The notes under the pieces: model-generated | The model's input: only the letters and a program-made list of their open reading frames with translations | What the model was told of the DNA's origin: nothing | The model's database searches: none | Translations under genes and position numbers: made by a program | In this document: positions 27,933 to 37,084 of the stretch, piece after piece | Position numbering within the stretch: position 1 is the first letter of the stretch | How the letters are laid out: the number at the start of each line of letters is the position of its first letter | Assembly (NCBI GenBank): GCA_017621515.1 | Contig: JAGASY010000008.1 | Location: forward strand, 8,759-72,758 | Direction: 5' to 3' | Source of the DNA: Bacteroidaceae bacterium | Lineage (GTDB): Bacteria; Bacteroidota; Bacteroidia; Bacteroidales; Bacteroidaceae | Length of the DNA stretch: 64,000 bases

Positions 27933-29141
27933 TTATCTTTCCTCGTCAGGATGGCAAGCATAGTAGAGACGGAGTGGGGTAGAAGTGACTTTGATGAATC
28001 CTTTGGCATCTTCTGCTGTCCAACCTTTCTGTACTTCGCCATATTCGCCGAACTTGTTCTTTACGAGGTCGTCTGGTGAATCTACTCCGACTGTCTGGAA
28101 GCTGAGTGGGCGAAGTTCGAGTGTGACAACTCCGTTCACATTGCGCTGTGAGCTTGTCAGCATGGCTTCTATGTCCGGCATGACTGGTTCGAGATACTGG
28201 CTTTCGTGCAGGAACATTCCGTACCAGTTGCTGACTTGGTCTTTCCAGTATTGCTGCCACTTGGAAAGTGTGTATTTCTCAAGGAAGCGGTGTGCTCCGA
28301 TAATCAACATTGGAGCGGCAGCTTCAAAACCTACACGTCCTTTGATGCCTATGATAGTGTCGCCCACATGGCAGTCGCGTCCGATGCCGTATGCAGCCCC
28401 GATTTCTTCCACTTTCTGTATGGCAAGTATCTTGTCCTCATATTCCACTCCGTTCACAGAGCACAGTTCGCCGTTCTTGAATCCTAATTTCAGAAGCTCA
28501 GGACCTTCTTTGGTTGGGTGTTTAAGATAAGCGGATTCAGGTAGTCCTTGGTTAGAGTCAAGGATTTCGCCACCGCAGATGCTTGTTCCCCAGATTCCCA
28601 CGTTATAGCTGTATTTGAGTTTGGTGAAGTCTGCATTAAATCCGTGGGCATTCAGGTAATCTACTTCCTCTTTGCGTGTCAGGTTCTTGTCGCGTGTGAG
28701 TGTGATGATTTCCACACCCGGAGCCATAACAAGGAATGTCATGTCAAAACGAATCTGGTCGTTTCCTGCACCGGTTGAACCGTGGGCAATTGCCGATGCT
28801 CCTATTTCGTTGGCATATCTTGCTATTGCAATGGCTTGGAATATACGCTCTGAAGATACGGAGATAGGGTAGCAGTTGTTGCGGAGCACATTGCCGAATA
28901 CCATGTATTTCAGACTTTTCTCGTAATATTCCTGAGTAACATCGAGAGTGACGTACTTGGTTGCTCCTAACTTGTATGCATTCTCTTCGTTGGTTTTCAG
29001 TTGCTCGGCACTGAAGCCGCCTGTGTTGGCACATGCTGCATGAACTTCATATCCCATCTCTTTTGCGAGATACATCACAGTGTATGATGTGTCAAGACCG
29101 CCGCTGAATGCTACGACGACTTTTTTCTTTGTCTGTTCCAT
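27933..29141 (-). CDS. argG: Argininosuccinate synthase
   Basis: 402 aa. VVAFSGGLDTS ATP-binding motif and HGSTGAGNDQIRFD. Confidence 0.95.
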   Translation of the reverse strand: MEQTKKKVVVAFSGGLDTSYTVMYLAKEMGYEVHAACANTGGFSAEQLKTNEENAYKLGATKYVTLDVTQEYYEKSLKYMVFGNVLRNNCYPISVSSERIFQAIAIARYANEIGASAIAHGSTGAGNDQIRFDMTFLVMAPGVEIITLTRDKNLTRKEEVDYLNAHGFNADFTKLKYSYNVGIWGTSICGGEILDSNQGLPESAYLKHPTKEGPELLKLGFKNGELCSVNGVEYEDKILAIQKVEEIGAAYGIGRDCHVGDTIIGIKGRVGFEAAAPMLIIGAHRFLEKYTLSKWQQYWKDQVSNWYGMFLHESQYLEPVMPDIEAMLTSSQRNVNGVVTLELRPLSFQTVGVDSPDDLVKNKFGEYGEVQKGWTAEDAKGFIKVTSTPLRLYYACHPDEER

Positions 29142-29188
29142 TATTGTAGTTTTTTATTAGATTTTCTTGATTGCTTTCGTTTTGAGCG

Positions 29189-29833
29189 TTATCTCAAATT
29201 CATCTTTGCTGCTTTCTGTGCCATTTCCACGACATCGGGAGGAAGCTGTACTGGCAGCGGCTCGCCTTCATGGTCTTTCGGGTCGAATAGCATGGCGGTG
29301 CATATACAGTATTTGCGCCCTGTACGTGCCAGTATGTCGCAGTTTATGCAACACGGCTTTTCCGGAGTGCCGCATCCCGCCCAGTAAGCGTCGTCCTGAG
29401 TAAGTTCGGCGAAAGTAACAGGGACATATCCTAAAGAAGTGTTTATCTTCATGACTGCCGCCTGACTGGTCAGACCGAACAACTTGGCATGTGGCCAGCG
29501 CAATCGGCTGAGTGTGAATGCCGTTTGTTTGATGCGTGTGGCGAGATGATGTTTACGAAACTTCTCTACCACAATGAGTCCGGAGTTCGCCACATATTCC
29601 TTGTTGCCCCAGCTTTCAATATAGCAGAAGCCGGCAAACTCTTCTTCTTCTCCTGCAAGGGCGATAATCGCCTTGCGTTCACGCATTTTTGTTGCAAGAT
29701 ATTCATGTGTTCGTGATGCTATCCCGCTGCCACGTTTTTTTGCCGAATCGGTAATTGTGGCGAGAATGATGTCAACATACTTCTCGTGAGAAGCATTGGC
29801 AACCACTACCTTTATGCCATCATCGTATTCCAT
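29189..29833 (-). CDS. GNAT family N-acyltransferase encoded in the arg operon (candidate glutamate N-acyl transferase), with Cys-rich C-terminal extension
   Basis: 214 aa. GNAT core (..VVEKFRKHHLATRI..) and a C-terminal CGTPEKPCCINC...YCIC. It lies between argR and argG on the same strand. Confidence 0.75.
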   Translation of the reverse strand: MEYDDGIKVVVANASHEKYVDIILATITDSAKKRGSGIASRTHEYLATKMRERKAIIALAGEEEEFAGFCYIESWGNKEYVANSGLIVVEKFRKHHLATRIKQTAFTLSRLRWPHAKLFGLTSQAAVMKINTSLGYVPVTFAELTQDDAYWAGCGTPEKPCCINCDILARTGRKYCICTAMLFDPKDHEGEPLPVQLPPDVVEMAQKAAKMNLR

Positions 29834-29864
29834 TTCTTTCCTTTGTGTATCTATGCTGTTTTTT

Positions 29865-30338
29865 TTAATAAATCGGTATTATTTGTGAAATGGCGACTTT
29901 CACCATTTCTTTAGAACATCCTTCTTCCAGAATGAGCAGTATTGTGTCGTCGCCGGCGATTGTGCCTATGACCGACTCTATTTCTGCATGGTCAATGTCT
30001 GAAGCAAGGCTGCTTGCATATCCGGGACGTGTTTTCACTACTGCGAGATTTCCGGAGAAACGGATGGATATGAATCCGTTGCGCTTCATTATTTCTTCTG
30101 GTGTCTGGTTCTCTCTTATGCGTCTGAACATTGTGTGTTCGGGGAGCACATAGTAGGGAATGCCACCTTTGGATATGGCTTTTGCGACTTTCAGTTGTTT
30201 CAAGTCGCGTGAGAGGGTTGCCTGAGTCAGTTTGTATCCTTTGTCCGCCAGTGCAGACAGAAGTTCGTCCTGATTACTTATTTTCCTACTTGATATGATG
30301 ATTTTTATTGCGTCTAATCGTGAATCTTTTATTCCCAT
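29865..30338 (-). CDS. argR: Arginine repressor ArgR
   Basis: 157 aa. N-terminal winged helix ([14 protein letters not shown]) and the C-terminal oligomerisation/arginine-binding domain ([12 protein letters not shown]). Confidence 0.9.
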   Translation of the reverse strand: MGIKDSRLDAIKIIISSRKISNQDELLSALADKGYKLTQATLSRDLKQLKVAKAISKGGIPYYVLPEHTMFRRIRENQTPEEIMKRNGFISIRFSGNLAVVKTRPGYASSLASDIDHAEIESVIGTIAGDDTILLILEEGCSKEMVKVAISQIIPIY

Positions 30339-30381
30339 ATTGATATAGTTCTGAAAGACGCTGCAAAATTAATGAATAAAA

Positions 30382-30395
30382 TGCATAAAAATGCA
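30382..30395. promoter_or_regulatory. ARG-box-like palindrome TGCATAAAAATGCA upstream of argR
   Basis: Half-sites TGCAT/ATGCA with a 4-nt A/T spacer match the TGAAT-N4-ATTCA architecture. A related TGAATAAAATGCA overlaps at 30373-30385. The site lies 44-57 nt upstream of the argR ATG. Confidence 0.3.
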
Positions 30396-30470
30396 GTTTG
30401 TGTGTATATTTTTTACTCTTTTGAATGAATATTTTGTATAAGCTGCATATTTTAAGTCTGCGGACAATAT

Positions 30471-30543
30471 AAAATCGTGGGGCTATAGAGTTGCGGCATA
30501 TCTGTTCTGCTTTGCTTTTCTGACTCTATAACCCCACGATTTT
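30471..30543 (-). terminator. Long hairpin at the 3' end of the M23/EnvC-like gene
   Basis: AAAATCGTGGGGCTATAGAG ... CTCTATAACCCCACGATTTT, 20-bp arms with one mismatch. Confidence 0.5.
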
Positions 30544-31981
30544 ATCTTACCCACAGTTCGGGATTGAGACGTGTGCTTTCTTTTCGTAATTGGAAGTGCA
30601 ATACCGTATTTCCGTTTGCATCTTTGCCGATGTTTCCCAATGTCTGCTTAGTAGATACTTTCTGTCCTTTCTTTACATTTACAGACGAAAGTCCCGAATA
30701 TACGGATATGTAGCTTCCATGTCTGAGCATGATGATGTAGCTGGTGCCGTACTGGAAAATGGATGATACTTCTCCGTCGAATATAGCACGCGCTGCCGCA
30801 CCTTGCTGTCCGCGAATGTCTATGCCCTTGTTGTCCAGCTGCACATTTCTTAAGCCGGATACCGTATATTTTCCGTAGTGTCCTACAACAGAATAAGAAC
30901 CAGTGATAGGCATCGGGAGCTTTCCCTTGTTGTTCGCGAAGCTTGACGACAGGCGGACATCACTACTGTTGTCCGATTTCCATGCGGCAATTTTCTCACC
31001 AGCCCTGTTGTTCTTCTCGGCTGTGCGCACATCCTTATCCGCGCGTTCCAACTCTTTCTTTGCCGCCTTTTTTTCGGCATCGTTCTTCGCGGCTTTTTTT
31101 GCCGCGAGTGCACGTTCCCTTGCCGCTTTCGCTTCTGCCAGTTTCCGTTCTCTTTCTCTCTTCTCCGCTTCTGCCTTCCTGCGTGCCGCCTCTTCCCTGC
31201 GCTTGCGTTCCGCTTCGATTTCCTGTTTGATGATGCGGTCTATCTCGGCATTCAGTGCGGCTTCTTGCTTCTGGTACTCTGCGATTTGCCGTTGTACGGT
31301 GGTCAGGTTGCGGTTCAGATAGTTGATTTTTGTCTGACAGCTGCTTTTCAGGCTCACCAGTGCGGTTTTGTTAGCTTCCACTATTTGCAGATTTTTTTGC
31401 ACCTGTGCTTTTGCGGCAAGTAGTTCATTCTGCTTTTTCTTTACTTCCTGCTGTTGCTCCTTGATAATTGCTCCCTGCGCTTTCTGATATGTGGCATATT
31501 CTTGAAGATACCTCATGCGTCGTATGATTTGTGCAAAGTTGTCTGCAGAGAAGATAAACATCATCTTGTTCTGCACACTGCGGTGACGTCGCAGACGTAC
31601 AAGGGCATTCGAATATCTGTTCTTCTTGATTTGTAATTCTTTCTCCAGTTGAGAAAGTTCCTTTTGCAATGTGGAGACAAGTTTGTTGAGGCGTACTATT
31701 TCTGTATTCAGGCTGTCGATAGACGCTTGCTGCTTGCCTATCCGGTTGTCCAGAATCAGTACGCTGTCCAAATTAGCCTTTATCGAACGGTTCAGATTGG
31801 CGGCTTGCTGTTGAGATTGCTTGCGCTTGTTCTGTGTGGCAGTGGCTTCTTTTTTTAACCTTGTCTTCTTGTCAACGACCGTTGTGGTGGCTTTCTTTTT
31901 TGTGGTGCTCTTTCTTCTGTTCTGCGGAAAAGCAGTGATGACAGAACAGATACAGAGTATGATGATGAGTATTCGTTTCAT
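30542..31981 (-). CDS. Murein hydrolase activator EnvC-like protein (coiled coil + M23 peptidase domain)
   Basis: 479 aa. Signal peptide, a long K/E/A/Q-rich coiled coil, and a C-terminal LytM/M23 domain (GIDIRG.., LHFQLRKE). Confidence 0.85.
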   Translation of the reverse strand: MKRILIIILCICSVITAFPQNRRKSTTKKKATTTVVDKKTRLKKEATATQNKRKQSQQQAANLNRSIKANLDSVLILDNRIGKQQASIDSLNTEIVRLNKLVSTLQKELSQLEKELQIKKNRYSNALVRLRRHRSVQNKMMFIFSADNFAQIIRRMRYLQEYATYQKAQGAIIKEQQQEVKKKQNELLAAKAQVQKNLQIVEANKTALVSLKSSCQTKINYLNRNLTTVQRQIAEYQKQEAALNAEIDRIIKQEIEAERKRREEAARRKAEAEKRERERKLAEAKAARERALAAKKAAKNDAEKKAAKKELERADKDVRTAEKNNRAGEKIAAWKSDNSSDVRLSSSFANNKGKLPMPITGSYSVVGHYGKYTVSGLRNVQLDNKGIDIRGQQGAAARAIFDGEVSSIFQYGTSYIIMLRHGSYISVYSGLSSVNVKKGQKVSTKQTLGNIGKDANGNTVLHFQLRKESTRLNPELWVR

Positions 31982-32829
31982 TTAACGAGCATTTTGAGTA
32001 TCTTTTCCGGGGACGCTTTCCGATATTTTGCCGGAATACTGGTGCGTGCAATCCAGTCGGATGAGTTCTTTATGGACGACAACTTGAATGCCAGTGATGC
32101 CGATTTTGTGCCGGATGTGAACGCCAGTGTCAGTTCTCTTGGAAACTTGCAACCTTCAAAGTCTGTGAAGTTTCCATAGTCGAAATGCAACTGATAGCTG
32201 TCTGTTGCCGTGTCGGTCACCTTAGTCTTGTTCAGTATGCCTGTTTGTTTCTCTGTGTCGAAACTGTATGTCAGCAGTCTGTCCGCATATCCTATTTCTA
32301 TATTTCCGTCTTCATGGTCTTTATAGGTAAAAGCCGATGCGTCCGGTTGCTTCTTGCCCGGTTCGAACACTTCGTTCCAGAATAACGACTGCAGAGTGTT
32401 GAAGTCAATGTTTGCCTTCTTCAGAAAATCTACATCCTCATACGGCACGTCAATGTATTGCTTGTTGAGGCGGTCGATGATAAGCACCTTGTTACGGGTG
32501 AACTCCATTCTCCCCACTTCCATCATTCCGAGGATGGGATCGACAAGAGAAACCTGTATCACATCGTCCTTTTTCATTTTTAATGTACCGTTGGTGCTCA
32601 TCGACTTGCTTCCAGATGAAATGGTCACATTTATCTTTGCCGTAAGGTCTTTCTCCCGTGAGTCATTGCTTTTGACGAGAGATAGAAAGGCTTCAGGCGA
32701 AAAAGCCGTACTTGCAGAAACCGCATCTGCTTTGCCGATTCCTTTGCGTGAAGAGCCACATGAGGTGGTTGATATTACCAAAGCGAACACGCTTAATAAT
32801 AAAATGTATGATTTTGCCGATTTTTTCAT
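31978..32829 (-). CDS. DUF4292-like lipoprotein
   Basis: 283 aa. Lipobox TSCGSS. It sits in the dut-TPR-lipoprotein-M23 gene order I recall as conserved in Bacteroidales. The family assignment is from memory. Confidence 0.6.
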   Translation of the reverse strand: MKKSAKSYILLLSVFALVISTTSCGSSRKGIGKADAVSASTAFSPEAFLSLVKSNDSREKDLTAKINVTISSGSKSMSTNGTLKMKKDDVIQVSLVDPILGMMEVGRMEFTRNKVLIIDRLNKQYIDVPYEDVDFLKKANIDFNTLQSLFWNEVFEPGKKQPDASAFTYKDHEDGNIEIGYADRLLTYSFDTEKQTGILNKTKVTDTATDSYQLHFDYGNFTDFEGCKFPRELTLAFTSGTKSASLAFKLSSIKNSSDWIARTSIPAKYRKASPEKILKMLVK

Positions 32830-32844
32830 GCTGTAATGGTCTGT

Positions 32845-34665
32845 TTATATCTTCTTTTTTCTGATTTTCTGTTCCAAAGCCTCACTGGCTTGCTCTTCTG
32901 CAAGTTTCCGGGCTTTTTTCCATAGCTCTACCGCCTGTTCCGTCTGCCCAGCTTTGAAATAGATGTCTCCCGCATGTTCCACGATGTTCGCATCCTCTTT
33001 CGTGATGCTGTCGCCGAGCAGGACGAGCGCACTGTCGATATACACCTGTGCCTCCTTGTATCTTTTCTGCTGGAACAGAATCCATGCGAAGGTGTCGAGG
33101 TAGGTTGGGTTGTCGCCGTTCTTTTCCAGTGACCTTGCGCTCATCTCTTCCGCTTTTTGGAGGTCTCGCTTATGGAGAGAAAGATAGTAGGCATAGTTGT
33201 TCAGCACAAGAGCGTCGTCCGGTCTGTATATCAGACAGGAGTCGTATGCCTCAAATGCTTTTTCGTCTTCTCCTGCTTCGTGGTACAGGTCGCCTAAAAT
33301 GGAATATAAGTTGGTGAGCAGAGTGACACTGCTGTTCTCATCCACATGCGACAGTCCTCCGCGCAGGGCTTCTATGGCAAGTCTGGTGCTGTCCTGCTGG
33401 AAATAAGCCACACCGAGATAATAATAATATACAGGGTCTTGCGCCCCATATTCAGTGGCAGGCTTGCAGATATGTATGATTCCGGCTGTGTCCTCTTCCT
33501 GTATGGCGTATGAAAGGAGCTGATTGCGGGCAATATCATTTTCCGGGTCAATGTCCAACATGCTGTATAGCAGCGGTTTGATTTCAGCCTGAGGCATCTT
33601 CTTTGTCACCATATATCTGACACACAATTCTGTCATTGCCACATCTGTCTGAGGCTGTTCAAGTGCTTTGTTGAACAGACGCATGATTTTAACGGAATCG
33701 CCTCCGTTCTGCACATCCTGATAGACAAAGCTGCTCATGAGCGAAAGGCGCGTCTGTTTGTCGAGTTGAGGATTGGACACAAGCTGCTCAAGCTGCTTCT
33801 GATAGAGTTCGTTCTCCCCAGTCTTTTCATAATACGAAGCCAGCGAAAGCATCACATTCACATTCATGGAGTCGATGGCTTCCACTTCTTTATATACCTT
33901 ATATGCTTGTTCCGGTTTGTCGTTGTCGAGATACAAATCTCCAATCAGCACTCTGTAGCGCAGGTCGTTGGGATATTCCGCTGCAAGGTCGCTCATTTCC
34001 TTGAATGCGTTCTTCTCGTCCTTCATCTGCACATAGATTCTGAACTTCTCCATACTCAGTTGTTCGCTCTTGCCTTCTTTCGTTTCAAGTCGGTCGAGCG
34101 TCTTTATCACATTGGCATAGTCCTGCTTGTCGTTGTATATGCCCATCTGCATCATCAGCAGTTCGCTCTTTTCCGGAAACTGCTCTATCATGCCTTCAAG
34201 CACGGGCAGAGCCTCGTCCATGAGGTTCTTGCTCATGTAAAATCTCACGAGCGCGTTCTTGTACCAGTAGTTCTTAGGTTCAAGTTTGACCGCCAGTTCC
34301 AAACAATCCCTTGCTTTTGCCTCCTCTTTCAGAAAGAGCCAGTAGTTCGACAACTCGTAGCAGACAGCTGCCGACTGCGGGTCCAGTTCCCGGCAGTATG
34401 TCAGCAGGTCAAATGTCGCATCATGGTTGCCGAGTTGCCGCTGTCTCTGTGCTTCATAAAAAATATAGTCGAACTTACGTTGCACCTCGTCCGTCAAACG
34501 AAGCGTGTCCGCAATGTCTGCTTGTCTGCTGTTTGCAGTTGTGCCATAGACATGAGCCGGGCATATTCCTGCAAATGTCATCAGCAATACTATGATATAC
34601 GTCTTTTTTATTCTGTGAAACATGCTATATCCTTCTTGCGGTGTAGATGATATTTCTTCTGTCAT
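32845..34665 (-). CDS. Tetratricopeptide repeat protein
   Basis: 606-aa ORF with many TPR-like A..Y/L..A repeats. A signal-peptide-like start, MFHRIKKTYIIVLL at 34623, is the more likely initiation site. Confidence 0.8.
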   Translation of the reverse strand: MTEEISSTPQEGYSMFHRIKKTYIIVLLMTFAGICPAHVYGTTANSRQADIADTLRLTDEVQRKFDYIFYEAQRQRQLGNHDATFDLLTYCRELDPQSAAVCYELSNYWLFLKEEAKARDCLELAVKLEPKNYWYKNALVRFYMSKNLMDEALPVLEGMIEQFPEKSELLMMQMGIYNDKQDYANVIKTLDRLETKEGKSEQLSMEKFRIYVQMKDEKNAFKEMSDLAAEYPNDLRYRVLIGDLYLDNDKPEQAYKVYKEVEAIDSMNVNVMLSLASYYEKTGENELYQKQLEQLVSNPQLDKQTRLSLMSSFVYQDVQNGGDSVKIMRLFNKALEQPQTDVAMTELCVRYMVTKKMPQAEIKPLLYSMLDIDPENDIARNQLLSYAIQEEDTAGIIHICKPATEYGAQDPVYYYYLGVAYFQQDSTRLAIEALRGGLSHVDENSSVTLLTNLYSILGDLYHEAGEDEKAFEAYDSCLIYRPDDALVLNNYAYYLSLHKRDLQKAEEMSARSLEKNGDNPTYLDTFAWILFQQKRYKEAQVYIDSALVLLGDSITKEDANIVEHAGDIYFKAGQTEQAVELWKKARKLAEEQASEALEQKIRKKKI

Positions 34666-34679
34666 TCGCCGTCTCCGTT

Positions 34680-35117
34680 TTATTTTGTTCCGGAATGTCC
34701 GAATCCTCCTTCTCCGCGTTCCGTCTCGTCCAGAGTCTCAACCACACTCCATTCCACAGTCTCGTGCTTTGCCACAACCATCTGTGCAATTCTTTCTCCG
34801 TCGTTGATGGTGAAAGGTTCGGCAGACAGATTGACCAGTATGACGCATACTTCGCCCCGGTAGTCGGCATCTATGGTTCCCGGACTATTGAGCACGGTAA
34901 TCCCTTTCTTGATGGCAAGACCACTGCGGGGACGAACCTGTGCTTCATATCCGGCAGGCAGAGAAAGATACAGTCCTGTCGGAACAAGTGTGCGCTGCAT
35001 CGGGGCAAGCACGATAGGCTCATCAATATTGGCTCTTAAGTCCATGCCGGCTGACAGTTCTGTCGAATAGGCTGGCAACTCGTGGTGTGACTTGTTGATT
35101 ATTTTTACCTTCATCAT
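34680..35117 (-). CDS. dut: dUTP diphosphatase
   Basis: 145 aa. [22 protein letters not shown], and the C-terminal [10 protein letters not shown] motif. Confidence 0.95.
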   Translation of the reverse strand: MMKVKIINKSHHELPAYSTELSAGMDLRANIDEPIVLAPMQRTLVPTGLYLSLPAGYEAQVRPRSGLAIKKGITVLNSPGTIDADYRGEVCVILVNLSAEPFTINDGERIAQMVVAKHETVEWSVVETLDETERGEGGFGHSGTK

Positions 35118-35363
35118 TTTCTTTCTTTTGTGTGTTGGAGAAATATGTATATATAGAAATTTTACGCTTCCGTCATAGCCGGAATCGTATTTGTCATATT
35201 TTCAATACAAAACTAACAAAAAAATAGCAAGTAGGGGAGAATGCCGTATATAAAAAATGAAAAAAAACTTCTTTTACCTCTTATTTGAGATAATGATAAC
35301 TTGCTTAATATATCATATAATAAATAAAATACCTATTTTTGCAGTATTAAAATATATGTTGGT

Positions 35364-35684
35364 ATGGCAAAAAACACAATGGGCACTAAGTTGCCTCGAA
35401 GACTGGAACAAAAAATGATCTTGATGGGCGAGCAAATTAAGCTTGCCCGTCTGCGCCGAAATCTCTCGATAGCTCAGGTTGCAGAACGAGCAACCTGTTC
35501 ACCGCTGACAATTGCACGCATTGAAAAAGGTTCTTCTACCGTTTCTATCGGTATATATGCCCGTGTCCTTTATGCTTTGCAGCTTGATGATGACCTTTTG
35601 CTGATTGCAAAAGAGGACACACTCGGTCGTACCTTGCAAGATCTTAGCCTAAAACACCGTCAACGCGCATCAAAAAAGGAATAA
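35364..35684 (+). CDS. XRE-family HTH antitoxin (HipB-like)
   Basis: 106 aa. IKLARLRRNLSIAQVAERATCSPLTIARIEKG. Its stop lies 3 nt before the hipA start. Confidence 0.8.
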   Translation: MAKNTMGTKLPRRLEQKMILMGEQIKLARLRRNLSIAQVAERATCSPLTIARIEKGSSTVSIGIYARVLYALQLDDDLLLIAKEDTLGRTLQDLSLKHRQRASKKE

Positions 35685-35687
35685 ACC

Positions 35688-36941
35688 ATGCAAAGATTAT
35701 ATGTATATGCCGATTTCGATTGCATCGATACACCTCAATTAGTTGGGATATTGTCGTGCGATTCAGTACGTGGCAATGAGACTTATAGCTTCTCGTATGA
35801 TAAAGATTGGCTTGCCATGTACGGAAATATTTTTTTGAGTAACGATTTGCAGAATTATCCCGGCATCCAATATACAAGACCGGAGCGAGATATATTTGCT
35901 TGTTTCTCGGATGCATTACCCGATAGATGGGGACGCACATTACTGAATCGACGTGAACAGATTGCAGCTGTGGAGGAAAAGAGGAAGGTGCGCCGTTTGA
36001 CTTCATTCGACTATCTGATGGGTATTGATGATGCGTCAAGGATGGGGGGATTTAGGTTTGCTGAAACTCCCGGAAGTAAATTCCTCAATTGTGATGACAG
36101 ATTGCGAGTTCCACCATTGACAAGCGTCAGAGAACTGATGCATGCTGCACATGAGGTTGAAGTCAGCGAAGAAAAGCATTTATTGCCCTCAAAGAAATGG
36201 TTAGCACAGTTGTTGCATCCCGGAACATCACTCGGTGGAGCCAGACCTAAAGCGTCTGTCATTGACGATGCCGGAAGGTTAACTATTGCCAAATTTCCTT
36301 CTCGCAAAGATGATTATGATGTCGCTCAATGGGAGCATTTCTGTCATATTATGGGACGCAAAGCTGGGATTAATGTAGCCGAAACACGCACAGTACCGGG
36401 AGAAAATTACCATATCTTACTTTCGAGACGATTTGACAGAACAGACAATGGTAAAAGAATACATTTCGCTTCATCACTGACATTGTTAGGGCTGACAGAT
36501 GGCGACAATGCATCAACAGGCTATGGCTATACCGATATAGTTGATTTCATTATTCAGCATGGATGCGATGTAGAACAAAATCTTGAAGAGTTGTATCGCC
36601 GTGTGGCATTCTACATCATTATTGGCAATTCCGATGACCATTTCCGTAATCATGGATTTCTATTGACACGTAAAGGTTGGAAACTTTCTCCAGCCTACGA
36701 CATCAACCCAACACTTGCTGAAAATCAAAGCCTATTGATTAATCGTACAACCGATGAGTCTAACTTGAATATTCTTTTAGAATCTTCCGGAGACTACATG
36801 CTTTCAGCCACGAAAGCTCAAACTATTATTATGGAAGTAAAAACTGCTATGGAATCGTGGCATCACGAAGCTCGAAAGCTCGGATTGCCACAACGAGACA
36901 TTGATATGTTTGCGCCTCGCTTTGAAAAATGTATGTCATGA
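35688..36941 (+). CDS. hipA: Type II toxin-antitoxin system HipA family kinase toxin
   Basis: 417 aa. HipA N-terminal coupling region, SLGGARPKA, and the catalytic GNSDDHFRNHGF. Confidence 0.9.
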   Translation: MQRLYVYADFDCIDTPQLVGILSCDSVRGNETYSFSYDKDWLAMYGNIFLSNDLQNYPGIQYTRPERDIFACFSDALPDRWGRTLLNRREQIAAVEEKRKVRRLTSFDYLMGIDDASRMGGFRFAETPGSKFLNCDDRLRVPPLTSVRELMHAAHEVEVSEEKHLLPSKKWLAQLLHPGTSLGGARPKASVIDDAGRLTIAKFPSRKDDYDVAQWEHFCHIMGRKAGINVAETRTVPGENYHILLSRRFDRTDNGKRIHFASSLTLLGLTDGDNASTGYGYTDIVDFIIQHGCDVEQNLEELYRRVAFYIIIGNSDDHFRNHGFLLTRKGWKLSPAYDINPTLAENQSLLINRTTDESNLNILLESSGDYMLSATKAQTIIMEVKTAMESWHHEARKLGLPQRDIDMFAPRFEKCMS

Positions 36942-36948
36942 TATTTCT

Positions 36949-37012
36949 TTAGTGGTTGTATTCACAGACTCCTCATGTTTGTTTAGAAGTCTGTGAATAC
37001 AACCACTTAAAC
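36949..37012. repeat. REP-like palindrome AGTGGTTGTATTCACAGACTCCTC ... AGTCTGTGAATACAACCACT
   Basis: Near-perfect inverted arms immediately after the hipA stop. Confidence 0.8.
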
Positions 37013-37084
37013 AAACATTACATACATCTATAAAAGGCTTCATAACAAAATTTTTTATATATAATTTTTAACAAAAATATTTTC

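Noticed and set aside
30883-31322. 76-139 aa ORFs in alternative frames of the EnvC-like gene
   Set aside because: They are generated by the repetitive K/E/A/R coiled-coil coding region. They read as Ser/Ala/Phe-rich low-complexity translations.
33766-34650. 294-aa ORF antisense to the TPR protein gene
   Set aside because: It is a shadow ORF of a well-supported gene, with low-complexity, His/Phe/Leu-rich composition.
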